NCBI GenBank assembly: GCA_052034355.1
Contig: JBPOIQ010000002.1
Span: forward strand, 1,555-65,554
Origin: Minisyncoccota bacterium
GTDB lineage: Bacteria; Patescibacteriota; Patescibacteriia; SG8-24; DYFX01
Direction: 5' to 3'
Length of the DNA stretch: 64,000 nucleotides
Made by a program: the position numbers and the translations under genes
Shown: one piece after another, positions 25,803 to 35,437 of the stretch
Numbering within the stretch: position 1 is the first letter of the stretch
How the letters are laid out: each line of letters begins with the position of its first letter
The notes under the pieces: generated by a model
What the model was told of the DNA's origin: nothing
The model's input: only the letters and a program-made list of their open reading frames with translations
Database searches by the model: none

Positions 25803-27502
25803 ACCGCCTGCGGCTTCTGCGTATCGGTTTTTTTGCCGTCGGCCTGCTGCTTATCGGGCAGTTATTTCGCATCCAAGTACTCTCGCACGACTTCTACGCG
25901 GCGTTGGCTGAAGGTCAGCACGACCTTTTTGAGCATTTGTTTCCGGCGCGCGGAAAGATTTATGCGCGGGATCATCAGTCCGGCGACCAGACGTTTCTCT
26001 TGGCGACGAATCGTACCTTGAACTTGCTGTTTGCGGAGCCGTTCCGCATCAAGAATCCCATCAATACCGCCGACGCGCTCGCGCCGATTTTGAATATCGA
26101 CGCTGCGGAACTCAAAAATAAGATCTCGAGCCCGACGGAACGGTATCGCGTGCTGGCGCGCAAGCTTGATGATGAAACGCGGAAGAAGATCGAGGTTTTG
26201 CAGCTCGAAGGGATCGGTTTTACGAAAGAAGATTTTCGTTTTTATCCCGAAGGCGGCACGGGCGCGCAGATGCTCGGCTTCGTCGGGGAGAGCGACAAGG
26301 GGAAAAGCGGGCGCTACGGCATTGAAGGCTGGTTCGACAAGGAGCTCGCGGGCGCACAAGGATATCTGCAATCGGAGAAGGATTCCCGAGGCCGCGTCAT
26401 TGCGGTCGGCAATCGCACGATCCAGCCGGCCAAAGACGGCGATGATATCGTCTTGACGATTGATCGTACGGTGCAGTACGTCGCCTGCAAAAAACTCGAC
26501 GAATGGATCAAAAAATTCAACGCGCAGAAAGGCAGCGTTGTGATTCTTGATCCGCATACGGGCGGCATCATTGCCCTGTGCAACGCGCCGACCTTCGACC
26601 CCAACGAGTACGGGAAAATTGAAAATGTCGACGTCTATAACAATACGGCGATCTTTGAGCCGTACGAATCCGGTTCCGTGTTCAAGACGATCACGATGGC
26701 AGGCGGACTCGATTCCGGAAAAGTGCTGCCTACGACGATCTTCGACGATCCGGGTGAAATCAAAATCGGGCCGTTCACCATTCGCAACTCCGATCTCAAG
26801 GCGCATGGCCGCGTCGATATGACGACCGTGCTGGCTGAATCGCTCAACACAGGCATGGTCGACGTGGTGCATACTCTCGGACCGCAGAAGTTCTTGAGCT
26901 ACGTACGCGACTTCGGCTTCGGCCAAAAAACCGGAATCGAATTGCAGTCGGAGGGCGCAGGCAACATTGAGCCGCTTTCTCGCAAAGGCGATATCTGGTC
27001 GGCAACCGGTTCGTTCGGGCAAGGCATTACGGTTACCGTCTTGCAGCTCGCCTCCGCGTACGGAGCGATCGCCAACGACGGCGTATTGTTGAAACCGTAC
27101 ATCATCGACGAGATCCGTCATGGCGACGGTACGGTCGAGAAGCGGGCGCCGAAAACCGTACGAAACGTCATTTCGAAGCGCGCTGTCGATCTGCTCTCCG
27201 GCATGCTTGTCGCCGTCGTCGAGAAGGGGCATGGTAAGCGTGCCGGCGTTCCGGGGTATTGGATTGCCGGTAAAACCGGCACTGCCCAGATTCCGCGAGC
27301 CGACGGTGGAGGATATGAAGTCGGACCGACGATCGGCTCGTTTGCCGGGTTCGGGCCGGTCGACGATCCGAAGTTCGTGATGGTTGTCCGGGTCGACCGC
27401 CCCGAAGGCGTGCAGTTTGCCGAGTCGACTGCGGCTCCACTCTTCGGCGACATCGCCAAATATCTGCTGGATTATTATCAGGTACCGCCGACGCGCAAAT
27501 AA
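25799..27502 (+). CDS. class B penicillin-binding protein (PBP2/FtsI-type transpeptidase)
   Basis: N-terminal TM, dimerisation domain, SGSVFK (SxxK), SLN, KTGTA motifs. Confidence 0.85.
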   Translation: MNRLRLLRIGFFAVGLLLIGQLFRIQVLSHDFYAALAEGQHDLFEHLFPARGKIYARDHQSGDQTFLLATNRTLNLLFAEPFRIKNPINTADALAPILNIDAAELKNKISSPTERYRVLARKLDDETRKKIEVLQLEGIGFTKEDFRFYPEGGTGAQMLGFVGESDKGKSGRYGIEGWFDKELAGAQGYLQSEKDSRGRVIAVGNRTIQPAKDGDDIVLTIDRTVQYVACKKLDEWIKKFNAQKGSVVILDPHTGGIIALCNAPTFDPNEYGKIENVDVYNNTAIFEPYESGSVFKTITMAGGLDSGKVLPTTIFDDPGEIKIGPFTIRNSDLKAHGRVDMTTVLAESLNTGMVDVVHTLGPQKFLSYVRDFGFGQKTGIELQSEGAGNIEPLSRKGDIWSATGSFGQGITVTVLQLASAYGAIANDGVLLKPYIIDEIRHGDGTVEKRAPKTVRNVISKRAVDLLSGMLVAVVEKGHGKRAGVPGYWIAGKTGTAQIPRADGGGYEVGPTIGSFAGFGPVDDPKFVMVVRVDRPEGVQFAESTAAPLFGDIAKYLLDYYQVPPTRK

Positions 27503-27503
27503 T

Positions 27504-28781
27504 ATGATCAAACATCTTCAGGCCGTTCTCGCGTTTTTGGCGCGCACGACGCTCGCCAGGTACGCGCCCAAGATCGTCGCCGTGGCCGGTTCGGTTGGGA
27601 AAACATCGACGACGCGCGCCGTGACCGCGACCTTGGCCCGCTCGTTTTCCACGCGGGGGAGCGTGAAGAATCACAACAACGAAATTGGCGTGCCGCTCAC
27701 GATTCTCGGCGAGCCGAAGTCGGGCGGACGCTCGCCGTTCGCTTGGGCCGCGATTCTGTGGCGCGGTTTCCGGCTTGCGTTTGGACCGGCGCGGCCGTAT
27801 CCGAGCGTTTTGGTTCTTGAAATGGCGACCGATCATCCGGGGGACTTGGCGTACCTCGCTTCGATCGCGCCGCCCGACGTCTCCGTGCTGACCGCAATCG
27901 CCGAAGAGCATACGGAATTTTTGGGAGACTTGGATGGCGTGGCGAAAGAAGAGGGGACGATCGTGCGCGCGCTTGGCGAGCAGGGAACGGCTGTCTTGAA
28001 CGGGGATGACCCGCGCGTCGCTGCACTGCGGCAAGAATCGTCTCAAGCGATGCTCTTCGGTTTTGGCGAGGCGGCGCATGTGCGCGCCGAACGCGTTCAG
28101 CCGGAGCTTGCACTCGGTACCGTGTTCACGCGCTTCGATTTGGTAATCGGTGGACATCGGTATCCCGTCAATCTTCCGAATGCCCTCGGCGACGGCAATG
28201 TGTATGCCGCGCTCGCGGCTGCGTCGGTCGCACTCGCGTTTCATGTCGATCCGGCGGTCATTCCGTACGGACTCGCCGAGTATCAGCCGCCGCCGGGACG
28301 CTTGCGCGTTTTGCCGGGCATCAAAGAGACGATGTTGGTTGACGATACCTACAACTCTTCACCGCGCGCGGCTGAACTCGCGCTCGCGACGTTTCAGCGC
28401 CTGCCGCTTCGTTCCGGCGGGCGGCGCATTGCCGTTCTCGGCGACATGCTTGAACTCGGAATGTTGACGGAATCGGCGCACGAGCGCATTGGTCGGTTGG
28501 CGGCTGCTTCCGGCGTCGAGTGGTTAATCGGCGTCGGATCCGCTTCCGCGATGTTGTGTCGTGCCGCGCGTGATGTGGGAATGGCTGAGGAACGGGTGTT
28601 TCATTTTCCGAATGCGCAGGAGGCCGGTCGTTTTTTGCAGGAACGGGTAGGCCAAGGAGACATGCTTTTGATAAAAGGCTCACAAGGCGTTCGTTTGGAA
28701 AAAATCGTCAAAGAATTGATGGCGGAGCCGGAGCGGGCGGAAGAGCTCCTGGTACGACAATCCAAGGATTGGCTGAACTAA
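27504..28781 (+). CDS. murF: UDP-N-acetylmuramoyl-tripeptide--D-alanyl-D-alanine ligase
   Basis: ATG 27504, 1 nt after the PBP stop. Mur ligase P-loop VAGSVGKTSTT and Mur-ligase central/C-terminal domains. Confidence 0.8.
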   Translation: MIKHLQAVLAFLARTTLARYAPKIVAVAGSVGKTSTTRAVTATLARSFSTRGSVKNHNNEIGVPLTILGEPKSGGRSPFAWAAILWRGFRLAFGPARPYPSVLVLEMATDHPGDLAYLASIAPPDVSVLTAIAEEHTEFLGDLDGVAKEEGTIVRALGEQGTAVLNGDDPRVAALRQESSQAMLFGFGEAAHVRAERVQPELALGTVFTRFDLVIGGHRYPVNLPNALGDGNVYAALAAASVALAFHVDPAVIPYGLAEYQPPPGRLRVLPGIKETMLVDDTYNSSPRAAELALATFQRLPLRSGGRRIAVLGDMLELGMLTESAHERIGRLAAASGVEWLIGVGSASAMLCRAARDVGMAEERVFHFPNAQEAGRFLQERVGQGDMLLIKGSQGVRLEKIVKELMAEPERAEELLVRQSKDWLN

Positions 28782-28801
28782 GCGAAAAAAGCCAGCGCCT
28801 C

Positions 28802-28830
28802 TTGACAGAATCGGCTTTTTGGGCTAAATT
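28802..28830 (+). promoter_or_regulatory. candidate sigma70 promoter for the kinase gene
   Basis: TTGACA, 17-nt spacer, TAAATT. Confidence 0.35.
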
Positions 28831-28859
28831 CAGCCGTTTCCTGGGCGTTCGCCTCTGGA

Positions 28860-30497
28860 ATGTCCTTTGACCAAACTGGTCACCAAACACACAGCCTACC
28901 TCGAGAAAAGGAGGTCCCCTTGGCCAAGCTCTCTGATACCGACCGCGAGTTGGGCGAGAAGCTCACTCGTGGGCGACGGGGGGCGGACATCGCTCCGCCG
29001 TCACAGCGAAAGATCGGCAAGTACGAGATCGCGCGGAAGCTCGGCTCCGGTGGTATGGGGGACGTGTTCCTCGCCATCGATCCGGATCTCGGGCGTGAGG
29101 TCGCCATCAAGGTGATCAATCTCCCGATCTCCATCTCCACGCCGGAGGCGATGCGCACGCTGAGCGATCGTTTTCGTCTCGAAGCGCGATCGGCCGCCAA
29201 GGTCGCACATCCCAACGTGGTGACGATCTACGAGTTCTCCGAGATGGCAGGCAAGCACCTGCTCGTCATGGAGTACATCCACGGTCGTACCCTCAAGGAG
29301 TTGATCGAGGGTGGCAAGGCGTTGCCCCCGGTGCAAGCCGCGCGCCTCGCGATTGATGTCTTGGATGGACTCGCCGCTATTCACAAGGCGGGCATGATCC
29401 ACCGCGACGTGAAGCCGATGAACCTCATGCTGACCTCCCAAGGTCGCGTGAAGATTCTCGACTTCGGACTCGTGAAGGACACTTTGCAACCCAGCGACCT
29501 GACCCAAGTGGGCATCGTCGCCGGTTCGCCGTCCTACATGGCGCCCGAACAGACCGGTCTTGTCACGGGCAAGGTTGATGCGCGGTCGGATCTCTACGCA
29601 CTTGGCGTCGTGCTCTTCCAGCTTCTCACGGGTCATCTGCCGTTCAGTGGCAACAACCTGATCGAGACTCTGAGACAGCATTGCCAGGTGCCGGTTCCGC
29701 CCGTCGCGACTCCCTGGGGTCCGGCTCCATTCGAGATGGTCGAGATCGTCCGCAAGGCGATGTCGAAAAAGCCCGATGAACGGTTCGCCTCGGCCGAGGA
29801 TATGCGAGAAGCACTTCTGCGGTTCACCGAGTCGAAACCGGCGATCAGCGGCTTGTCGAAGACGCTGCCGGCTCATGAAGCCACGCCTCCGGCGGTGTCG
29901 CGCACGATGACGCCTTCGGGTGTCGGGACGCCTCGTCGCCTTGCGCCGGTCGCGGCCAATGCGACGTCGAGCCAACGCCCGCGTTCCCCAAGCGTTCCAC
30001 CGCCGATCCCGGCCCGTGCTCCCAAGCCGAGCGTTCCGCCGCCCAGCCCTCCTGCGATGCCTGTCCAGGCCTCAAAGAGGAGCTGGTCGTGGACACTGCT
30101 CGGCTTCGTCTCGGCGATCGGGTTTCTCGTCGTCTGGCTGTACGTCACCGGGCGTACCCCGTGGAGCGCACGCGCTTCTCAGGCACGCATGGGGCTTGCG
30201 GGTTCGGCGGCTGCTACTTTGGCGCCCGACGCGTCCGTGCCTGTTGTCGTGCCGACGGCCGATGATGGGTGCAAGGCGTACGAAGAGATGAAGCTCGGTC
30301 GCGCGATCGAGATTCTGAAGCCGCTCGATGTCGGCGCGCTGAGTGCCGAGCAGCTCTTCTGCCTCTGCGCTTCCGAGCACGCGCTCGGACACGCCGATGA
30401 ACAGAAGGACTGTCGGCTCTACCTGAAACATCCCCTCCGCGATCGCGGCAAGGCGCGACAGGTCGAGCACTGGCTCTCCAAGCCCGGCACGCACTAG
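28860..30497 (+). CDS. Hanks-type Ser/Thr protein kinase with Pro-rich linker, TM helix and extracytoplasmic C-terminal domain
   Basis: LGSGGMGDVFLA (Gly loop), AIKVI (VAIK), HRDVKPMN, DFGL, SPSYMAPE. Pro-rich segment, then TM WTLLGFVSAIGFLVVWLYV. Confidence 0.85.
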   Translation: MSFDQTGHQTHSLPREKEVPLAKLSDTDRELGEKLTRGRRGADIAPPSQRKIGKYEIARKLGSGGMGDVFLAIDPDLGREVAIKVINLPISISTPEAMRTLSDRFRLEARSAAKVAHPNVVTIYEFSEMAGKHLLVMEYIHGRTLKELIEGGKALPPVQAARLAIDVLDGLAAIHKAGMIHRDVKPMNLMLTSQGRVKILDFGLVKDTLQPSDLTQVGIVAGSPSYMAPEQTGLVTGKVDARSDLYALGVVLFQLLTGHLPFSGNNLIETLRQHCQVPVPPVATPWGPAPFEMVEIVRKAMSKKPDERFASAEDMREALLRFTESKPAISGLSKTLPAHEATPPAVSRTMTPSGVGTPRRLAPVAANATSSQRPRSPSVPPPIPARAPKPSVPPPSPPAMPVQASKRSWSWTLLGFVSAIGFLVVWLYVTGRTPWSARASQARMGLAGSAAATLAPDASVPVVVPTADDGCKAYEEMKLGRAIEILKPLDVGALSAEQLFCLCASEHALGHADEQKDCRLYLKHPLRDRGKARQVEHWLSKPGTH

Positions 30498-30564
30498 CAC
30501 ATTTCTCTGAGAGGTACGCCACGCGTGCCTCTTTTCTTATTGACAAAAATGTTTTTTTCGGGGA

Positions 30565-31263
30565 ATGTGGCGGTTGCCAGACAAGGAGTCTGCGATGTTC
30601 TTTTCAATTCCTGTCGTTATCATGTTCTTCGCATGGGCGCTCGTGTCCGCATCTCTCGAAGTTCATATCGAGGGCGCGCACGGTTGGGCGAGGAATTTGC
30701 CGACGTGGCGCCGCACCCATGGCGGACCAGCCTTTCGCGTCGCGCAAGTCGTATTCATGGGCGGACGTCCCGTCACCGGGTACCATCTCAACATGTTCTC
30801 GCTGCAGCTCGTGGCGCTGCATCTCTGCTACGCGCAAGGCGTACCGATCACCTGGAGAAACGAATGGGCGATCTTGTCTATCTTTTTCCTGGTCTGCCCG
30901 ACGTGGGACTTCCTGTGGTTCGTCTTGAATCCGGCCTACGGCACGAAGAAGTTCACGAAGGAACACGTCGACTGGCATGGCGGTCGTCCGTGGCTGTTCG
31001 GCAAATTCCCCGTGGATTATGCCGTAGGCGCGCTTCTGTCGCTCGTGTTCGCGGTGCTTGCCGCCGAGCCGCAGAAAGATCCTCTGAACCTGATCAACAT
31101 GGCAGGAGGATATTTCACCTGGGCGCTGCTTACGTATCTCACGAAAGACCTTGTCGGCCCGTGGTATCGCCGCCGCCGCGTGCGTCTTCTTGCGGGCAAC
31201 GATCAGCCGATCATTGAAGTCAACATGGATAGCGATAAGGTGGACTCATCCGACGAAGGATGA
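30565..31263 (+). CDS. integral membrane protein of unknown function
   Basis: About five hydrophobic helices. The likely start is an internal Met (MFFSIPVVIMFF...). Confidence 0.45.
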   Translation: MWRLPDKESAMFFSIPVVIMFFAWALVSASLEVHIEGAHGWARNLPTWRRTHGGPAFRVAQVVFMGGRPVTGYHLNMFSLQLVALHLCYAQGVPITWRNEWAILSIFFLVCPTWDFLWFVLNPAYGTKKFTKEHVDWHGGRPWLFGKFPVDYAVGALLSLVFAVLAAEPQKDPLNLINMAGGYFTWALLTYLTKDLVGPWYRRRRVRLLAGNDQPIIEVNMDSDKVDSSDEG

Positions 31264-31503
31264 GTTTTTTGTTCCAGCGAAGGTGCTCCGTATTTTGGAT
31301 GAGTGAGCGTCATAAGGGTAAGAGAAGCGTCGCAACGACCTGGGCTTTTGAAGCTCGTCGTGTTCACCATCGTTTTCTCAGGATGACGAGCGTTGTGTGC
31401 AGCCTGTAATTGTAGAGGTATTTAAAACACGGTACACTGCTCTTCAGCGTGTTGAAAACGTGCTTTTGGTCAATAAAATGGTCGAAATACCTCACTGGAC
31501 ATT

Positions 31504-34338
31504 ATGAGTAAAAACAAGTTTGAGAAATCGATAAGTTCGGACGAGCATATCCAGTCTGACCTGCAAGATGCTGGGATAAGCCGTCCAGACGAATGGAAGG
31601 AGGCGACGGATGTAGAAATAAAAGGGATGGAATTTGCGGGTGATGAGCTTTTTGAGGAGAGACGGGCAAATATTGCAGATATGATGGCACGTATCGTTGA
31701 GGGTGATCTTCAGTCAGGCGAAATCATCCGCGCTTCTCCTAATTTCCAGCGCGAGATTGCGACACAGTTCATCGAGAATTATCGGGGGTATGAAGTCGCC
31801 AAACATCTCGAAGTGTTCCCATGCCTCGACCACGGACAGCTAGCCCAGCGGCTCATTGCTGCCGGTCAAGGCGGCGTTGTCGCACGGTATCTCGACAAGT
31901 TCCAAGTCTCCGACCAGTCCATTGCCTGGCAGCTCATTGATGCTGGTTTTAGTAGGGAAGTCACTCAGCATCTCGACAAGTTCGACAACCTCAATCTTGC
32001 GCAGCTCGTCCTGCGGCTCATCGCTGAAAACAGTGCTGAGGATGATGATCACCGCCTAGACCTGCACCTCGACAATTTCCCGGGCCTCGACCGCCTGCAG
32101 CTAGCCCAGATGCTCATTGTTGACAGAAACGGCTGGTACGTTGTCCGACATCTCGACGAATTCCCAAGCCTCGACCACGGACAGCTCGCCCAGCAGCTCT
32201 TTGCTGCCGGAGAAGGTGCTGTTGTCGCCGGATACCTCGACAAGTTCCAAGGCCTCGGTCGTGAAAAGCTTGTCGAGCTCTTCCTGCTCGACTTGCCAGA
32301 AGGAATGCGTACGTCCGTCGCACCGTATTTCGGAGACTGGTTCGATGGTACGCGCCCAACCTTCGCGAATTTTTTCGCACAACTGAAAAAAATGGACGCT
32401 CTTGTTACAGAGCGTCCGGAGCTCGTGAAGGACCTCCTCGACCCCGCCATCAAAGCCCAGGGTATCGGAGCTTTTCGCGTCCTTGAATCCATCACTACAC
32501 TAGCCCAAGCTGGAGCCGTCGCTTCGCGCGAAGACAGCGCCATCCTCGCCCATATCGTAACCACCAAAGGTGTGCGTGCCAATGATGGCCTTCTTTTCCT
32601 CGTGGGTGGTCTTCGTGGTTCCGAAGGCGGCGGGTTTGTAGACGAAGAAGGGCAAGACATCGGTTGGCAGGCAGATCAGGCCTTTGCGGCGTCAAAAGAA
32701 TCGAGCAAACCTTTTTTCAAGACGCCTCTTTCTCAGAATCCCCACCTCGGCTCTTTCCTCGATTCCGGCATGCCCTTGATTGACACACTGTATAAAAAGC
32801 ATGAGGCAGTCATGACAGACGCCTCGCTCAATCCTACCGAAAGGAATCAAGCCCTGTCCGCGCTTCAAGAGCACATTCGCGTGTTGATCGAGCGAGTACG
32901 TGATGGCAAGATCGAAGAGGCTGATCTCCGCGACGACTCTTTCGTTGGCATCGTCTACCACGTCTTCCCGCCCGCCACGACGCTCGACCGCGGACAATAC
33001 CGGAACTTGCTTTCGTGTCGCCAAGACCGCAGTGCTGATCTGCCGGAAGCCTGGGGCTCGCTCAACGAGGCCTCCGAAGCGCGTCTTGAAGTCGCTCGCG
33101 GCGCCTGGGTTCTTAGGGAAGGTGAGCGAACGGACACGAACGCCTGGCGGTCATTGTCCGAAGCCATTCGCGACGTGAACACGAAGCCAATTGATCAGTG
33201 GAATGATGCTGCCGCGGCTCTCTCAGGCAAACGCCTCGTAGAGGCGCTTGGGAATCAGAAGGCTATGAACAAGGATCGCACCGACCTCCTCAAGGCGATC
33301 TACGCCTTCCACCGCTCAGCCAACGGCGCGACGCTCACGACCGACACATCCTCGCGGGAAGGGCTTCTCGAGATCAAGGAATACGCCGGCGATCGCATGA
33401 AGGATACCATTGACCTCCTTCTCAAGGCCTATGCCAACGCAGACCCGTCCGGTTACGAAAAAACTGTAAAAGAAGCGACGACGGTTTCCATTCAGGAGAA
33501 AGCCAAGAAGGGTATCTTCAAGCAGTTGCTGAACATCCTGGGTACGCTCTCTATGGACGCTGAAGAGACCAACATTCGCTTCAAAGCGGTCCTCGACCGC
33601 TATGGGATCCATGTGGAGGGCGACGCGCTTTCGGAGGTTCTCAAGGTTGTCGAAGGCATTCCCAACAATGACGACACAGCGCAAAGGAAAGCCGTCGAAC
33701 AATTCCTGAAAGGTCTTCTCGATGGCGCAGCGATGAGCCGCAACGCCGGCAAACTCTCCGTCGATATCACGAACCGTCTCATCGGCGACGACTACGCATC
33801 CATGCAGGAGGAGATGGGCCGGTATGAGTTTCAAGAGGACGCCGAGGGTAGCAAAGGCGACATCTTCCACTTAGAAGTCTCGAAGAAACGCGCCCACGCC
33901 GTCGCTGGCCTCAACATGGGTGTCTGCGTGGCTGTTGATGAGCAACTTTGGCAGAAGGAAACCTTTTCGAACGTCATCCTGTGGGATGCCGAAGGCACTG
34001 CTCGTGGTGGTATGCATTTCGAGATCGTCGAGGACGACAACAAGACTTATTTATCCCTGCCGGGCATCAACCCGTCGGGTTCCGCTATTGGCCAAGCTGG
34101 AGCCGAGAAGCTCTTCGATGGCATGCTTTCGTATGCCAAGGAAGCCGCACGCCGCATCGGAGCGGAGGCCGTCCTGATTCCGACTGCTTCGGTCATCCAC
34201 TCGAATCGTGCCGAGATGCAGTCCGTGCTTGCCTCGAAAGGGTACAAGACCCTCTCGCTTAAAAAAGGATCGCATGAGTTCTCATACGCGCCGCATCACT
34301 ACTCATGGAACGATGCATTCGTCGTTGAATTGGAGTGA
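31504..34338 (+). CDS. large hypothetical protein (944 aa) with N-proximal tandem ~28-aa repeats; low-GC gene
   Basis: Single long ORF preceded by a ~240-nt AT-richer gap. Six repeats of consensus HLDxFPxLDxxQLAQxLIxAGxGxVV. C-terminal ~150 aa have a GNAT-like pattern (LSLPGINPSGSAIGQAGAEKLFDGMLSYAKEAARRIGAEAVLI), which is only an inference. Confidence 0.6.
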   Translation: MSKNKFEKSISSDEHIQSDLQDAGISRPDEWKEATDVEIKGMEFAGDELFEERRANIADMMARIVEGDLQSGEIIRASPNFQREIATQFIENYRGYEVAKHLEVFPCLDHGQLAQRLIAAGQGGVVARYLDKFQVSDQSIAWQLIDAGFSREVTQHLDKFDNLNLAQLVLRLIAENSAEDDDHRLDLHLDNFPGLDRLQLAQMLIVDRNGWYVVRHLDEFPSLDHGQLAQQLFAAGEGAVVAGYLDKFQGLGREKLVELFLLDLPEGMRTSVAPYFGDWFDGTRPTFANFFAQLKKMDALVTERPELVKDLLDPAIKAQGIGAFRVLESITTLAQAGAVASREDSAILAHIVTTKGVRANDGLLFLVGGLRGSEGGGFVDEEGQDIGWQADQAFAASKESSKPFFKTPLSQNPHLGSFLDSGMPLIDTLYKKHEAVMTDASLNPTERNQALSALQEHIRVLIERVRDGKIEEADLRDDSFVGIVYHVFPPATTLDRGQYRNLLSCRQDRSADLPEAWGSLNEASEARLEVARGAWVLREGERTDTNAWRSLSEAIRDVNTKPIDQWNDAAAALSGKRLVEALGNQKAMNKDRTDLLKAIYAFHRSANGATLTTDTSSREGLLEIKEYAGDRMKDTIDLLLKAYANADPSGYEKTVKEATTVSIQEKAKKGIFKQLLNILGTLSMDAEETNIRFKAVLDRYGIHVEGDALSEVLKVVEGIPNNDDTAQRKAVEQFLKGLLDGAAMSRNAGKLSVDITNRLIGDDYASMQEEMGRYEFQEDAEGSKGDIFHLEVSKKRAHAVAGLNMGVCVAVDEQLWQKETFSNVILWDAEGTARGGMHFEIVEDDNKTYLSLPGINPSGSAIGQAGAEKLFDGMLSYAKEAARRIGAEAVLIPTASVIHSNRAEMQSVLASKGYKTLSLKKGSHEFSYAPHHYSWNDAFVVELE
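31801..32295 (+). repeat. degenerate tandem repeat array (~84-105 nt units) inside the 944-aa gene
   Basis: Visible at DNA level (e.g. cacggacagctagcccagcggctcattgctgccgg... / cacggacagctcgcccagcagctctttgctgccgg...) and as protein repeats. Confidence 0.7.
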
Positions 34339-34392
34339 GTGTACCGGCGGATGGATGTGATAGTCGGAAAAGAAAAAACCGACAATGTCGGT

Positions 34393-35253
34393 TTAGGGAG
34401 TCATATCGGGTGTGGGGATCGAAGATCGCTGCGCGGCGAGCGCGAGCAGCTCGTCGTTGGTAAGACGCTTGCGCGCGATCGACTTCCAGCCCGTGTCTTG
34501 CACGGAAGCGCTTTCGTGGACGCGCACGCGGCGCATCCAGTCGAACGTCGCTGAGAGTGCGTTGGTGTCGGGGTCACGGCGGCTGTAATGAAACAGCTCG
34601 CAGTTCCAGATCCGGTGCTCAGGCGCTCTTGAGCGATACATGGCCTCGAATTCGTCCTTCGAGAGGTGCTCGAAGATCGTACGGATCGCCCAGAGCGCTT
34701 CGCGGTGCGTGATGCAGAGCATCGTACCTTCTTCGTGTCGTAGGCCGCTCAGCATGAACCGGATCCGCTTGGCGACATCCCGGATGCTTTCGCCTTCGGG
34801 TGGCACCCACGTGTACGGGGCATCGAGCTGTGCCTGCTCGTGCAAGCGCCATTCAGAAATGCCTTCCTGCGTTTCCGGCAACGCGACCGTTCCGAGACTG
34901 CGCTCCACGAGATGCGGTTCGATGATCCATTCGGCGTCCGGAAGTTGGAGGCAGCCAGAGGTTTCGGCCGTACGGGGGAGTGGCGACGTGCGATAGTGAT
35001 CGATGTGGAAGCCCAGAGCATTCCTCAGCCAGTCGCCGAGCAAACGGGCCTGGTTTCGACCGTGGTCAATGAGCGGGACGTGATCCGGGTGCCGACCAGC
35101 CAGCAGGCGCCGAGCCTCTTCAGGTCTTCCTTGCTTCATGATCTGCGTCGCGAGGTTCGCGACGGATTTTCCGTGGCGTCCGAAAAGAATGTCGGTGAGT
35201 GCGAGCATCGGTTCCTCCCAGCTTTTCCTATTATGGCAGCCACAAACGGACAA
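34393..35253 (-). CDS. histidine phosphatase family protein (phosphoglycerate-mutase-like)
   Basis: RHG catalytic motif LFGRHGKS near the N-terminus (true start probably the internal Met before it) and a downstream conserved His region. ~270 aa. Confidence 0.65.
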   Translation of the reverse strand: MSVCGCHNRKSWEEPMLALTDILFGRHGKSVANLATQIMKQGRPEEARRLLAGRHPDHVPLIDHGRNQARLLGDWLRNALGFHIDHYRTSPLPRTAETSGCLQLPDAEWIIEPHLVERSLGTVALPETQEGISEWRLHEQAQLDAPYTWVPPEGESIRDVAKRIRFMLSGLRHEEGTMLCITHREALWAIRTIFEHLSKDEFEAMYRSRAPEHRIWNCELFHYSRRDPDTNALSATFDWMRRVRVHESASVQDTGWKSIARKRLTNDELLALAAQRSSIPTPDMTP

Positions 35254-35300
35254 GATCGATGGGCAGGGTCATGAGCGTTCTCCTCGCCGGCTGTTTAACA

Positions 35301-35333
35301 AAAAAAGCCCCCACCGTCAAGGTGAGGGCTTTT
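35301..35333 (-). terminator. terminator hairpin immediately 3' of tRNA-Glu on the minus strand
   Basis: AAAAAAA-GCCCCCACCGTCAAGGTGAGGGC-TTTTT, with A- and T-runs on both sides. Confidence 0.55.
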
Positions 35334-35412
35334 TGGTACCGCGTAGGGGATTCGAACCCCTGATTTTCGCCGTGAGAAGGCGACGTCCTGGACCGGGCTA
35401 GACGAACGCGGC
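35334..35412 (-). tRNA. tRNA-Glu (anticodon CTC)
   Basis: Minus strand GCCGCGT-TC-GTC-TAGCCCGGTCCAG-GAC-G-TCGCC-TTCTCAC-GGCGA-...-AGGGG-TTCGAAT-CCCCT-ACGCGGT-A-CCA. Closely resembles bacterial tRNA-Glu. Confidence 0.8.
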
Positions 35413-35437
35413 GGGCGCTTAGGAAGATAGCACGCAA

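Noticed and set aside
25862-27511. 549-aa minus-strand ORF
   Set aside because: Antisense to the PBP2/FtsI gene, which has its SxxK, SxN and KTG motifs in place.
28782-28859. Terminator call after murF
   Set aside because: The stem is only 3-4 bp (GCC...GGC) despite the flanking A- and T-runs. The region is better explained as the kinase promoter (TTGACA-17-TAAATT).
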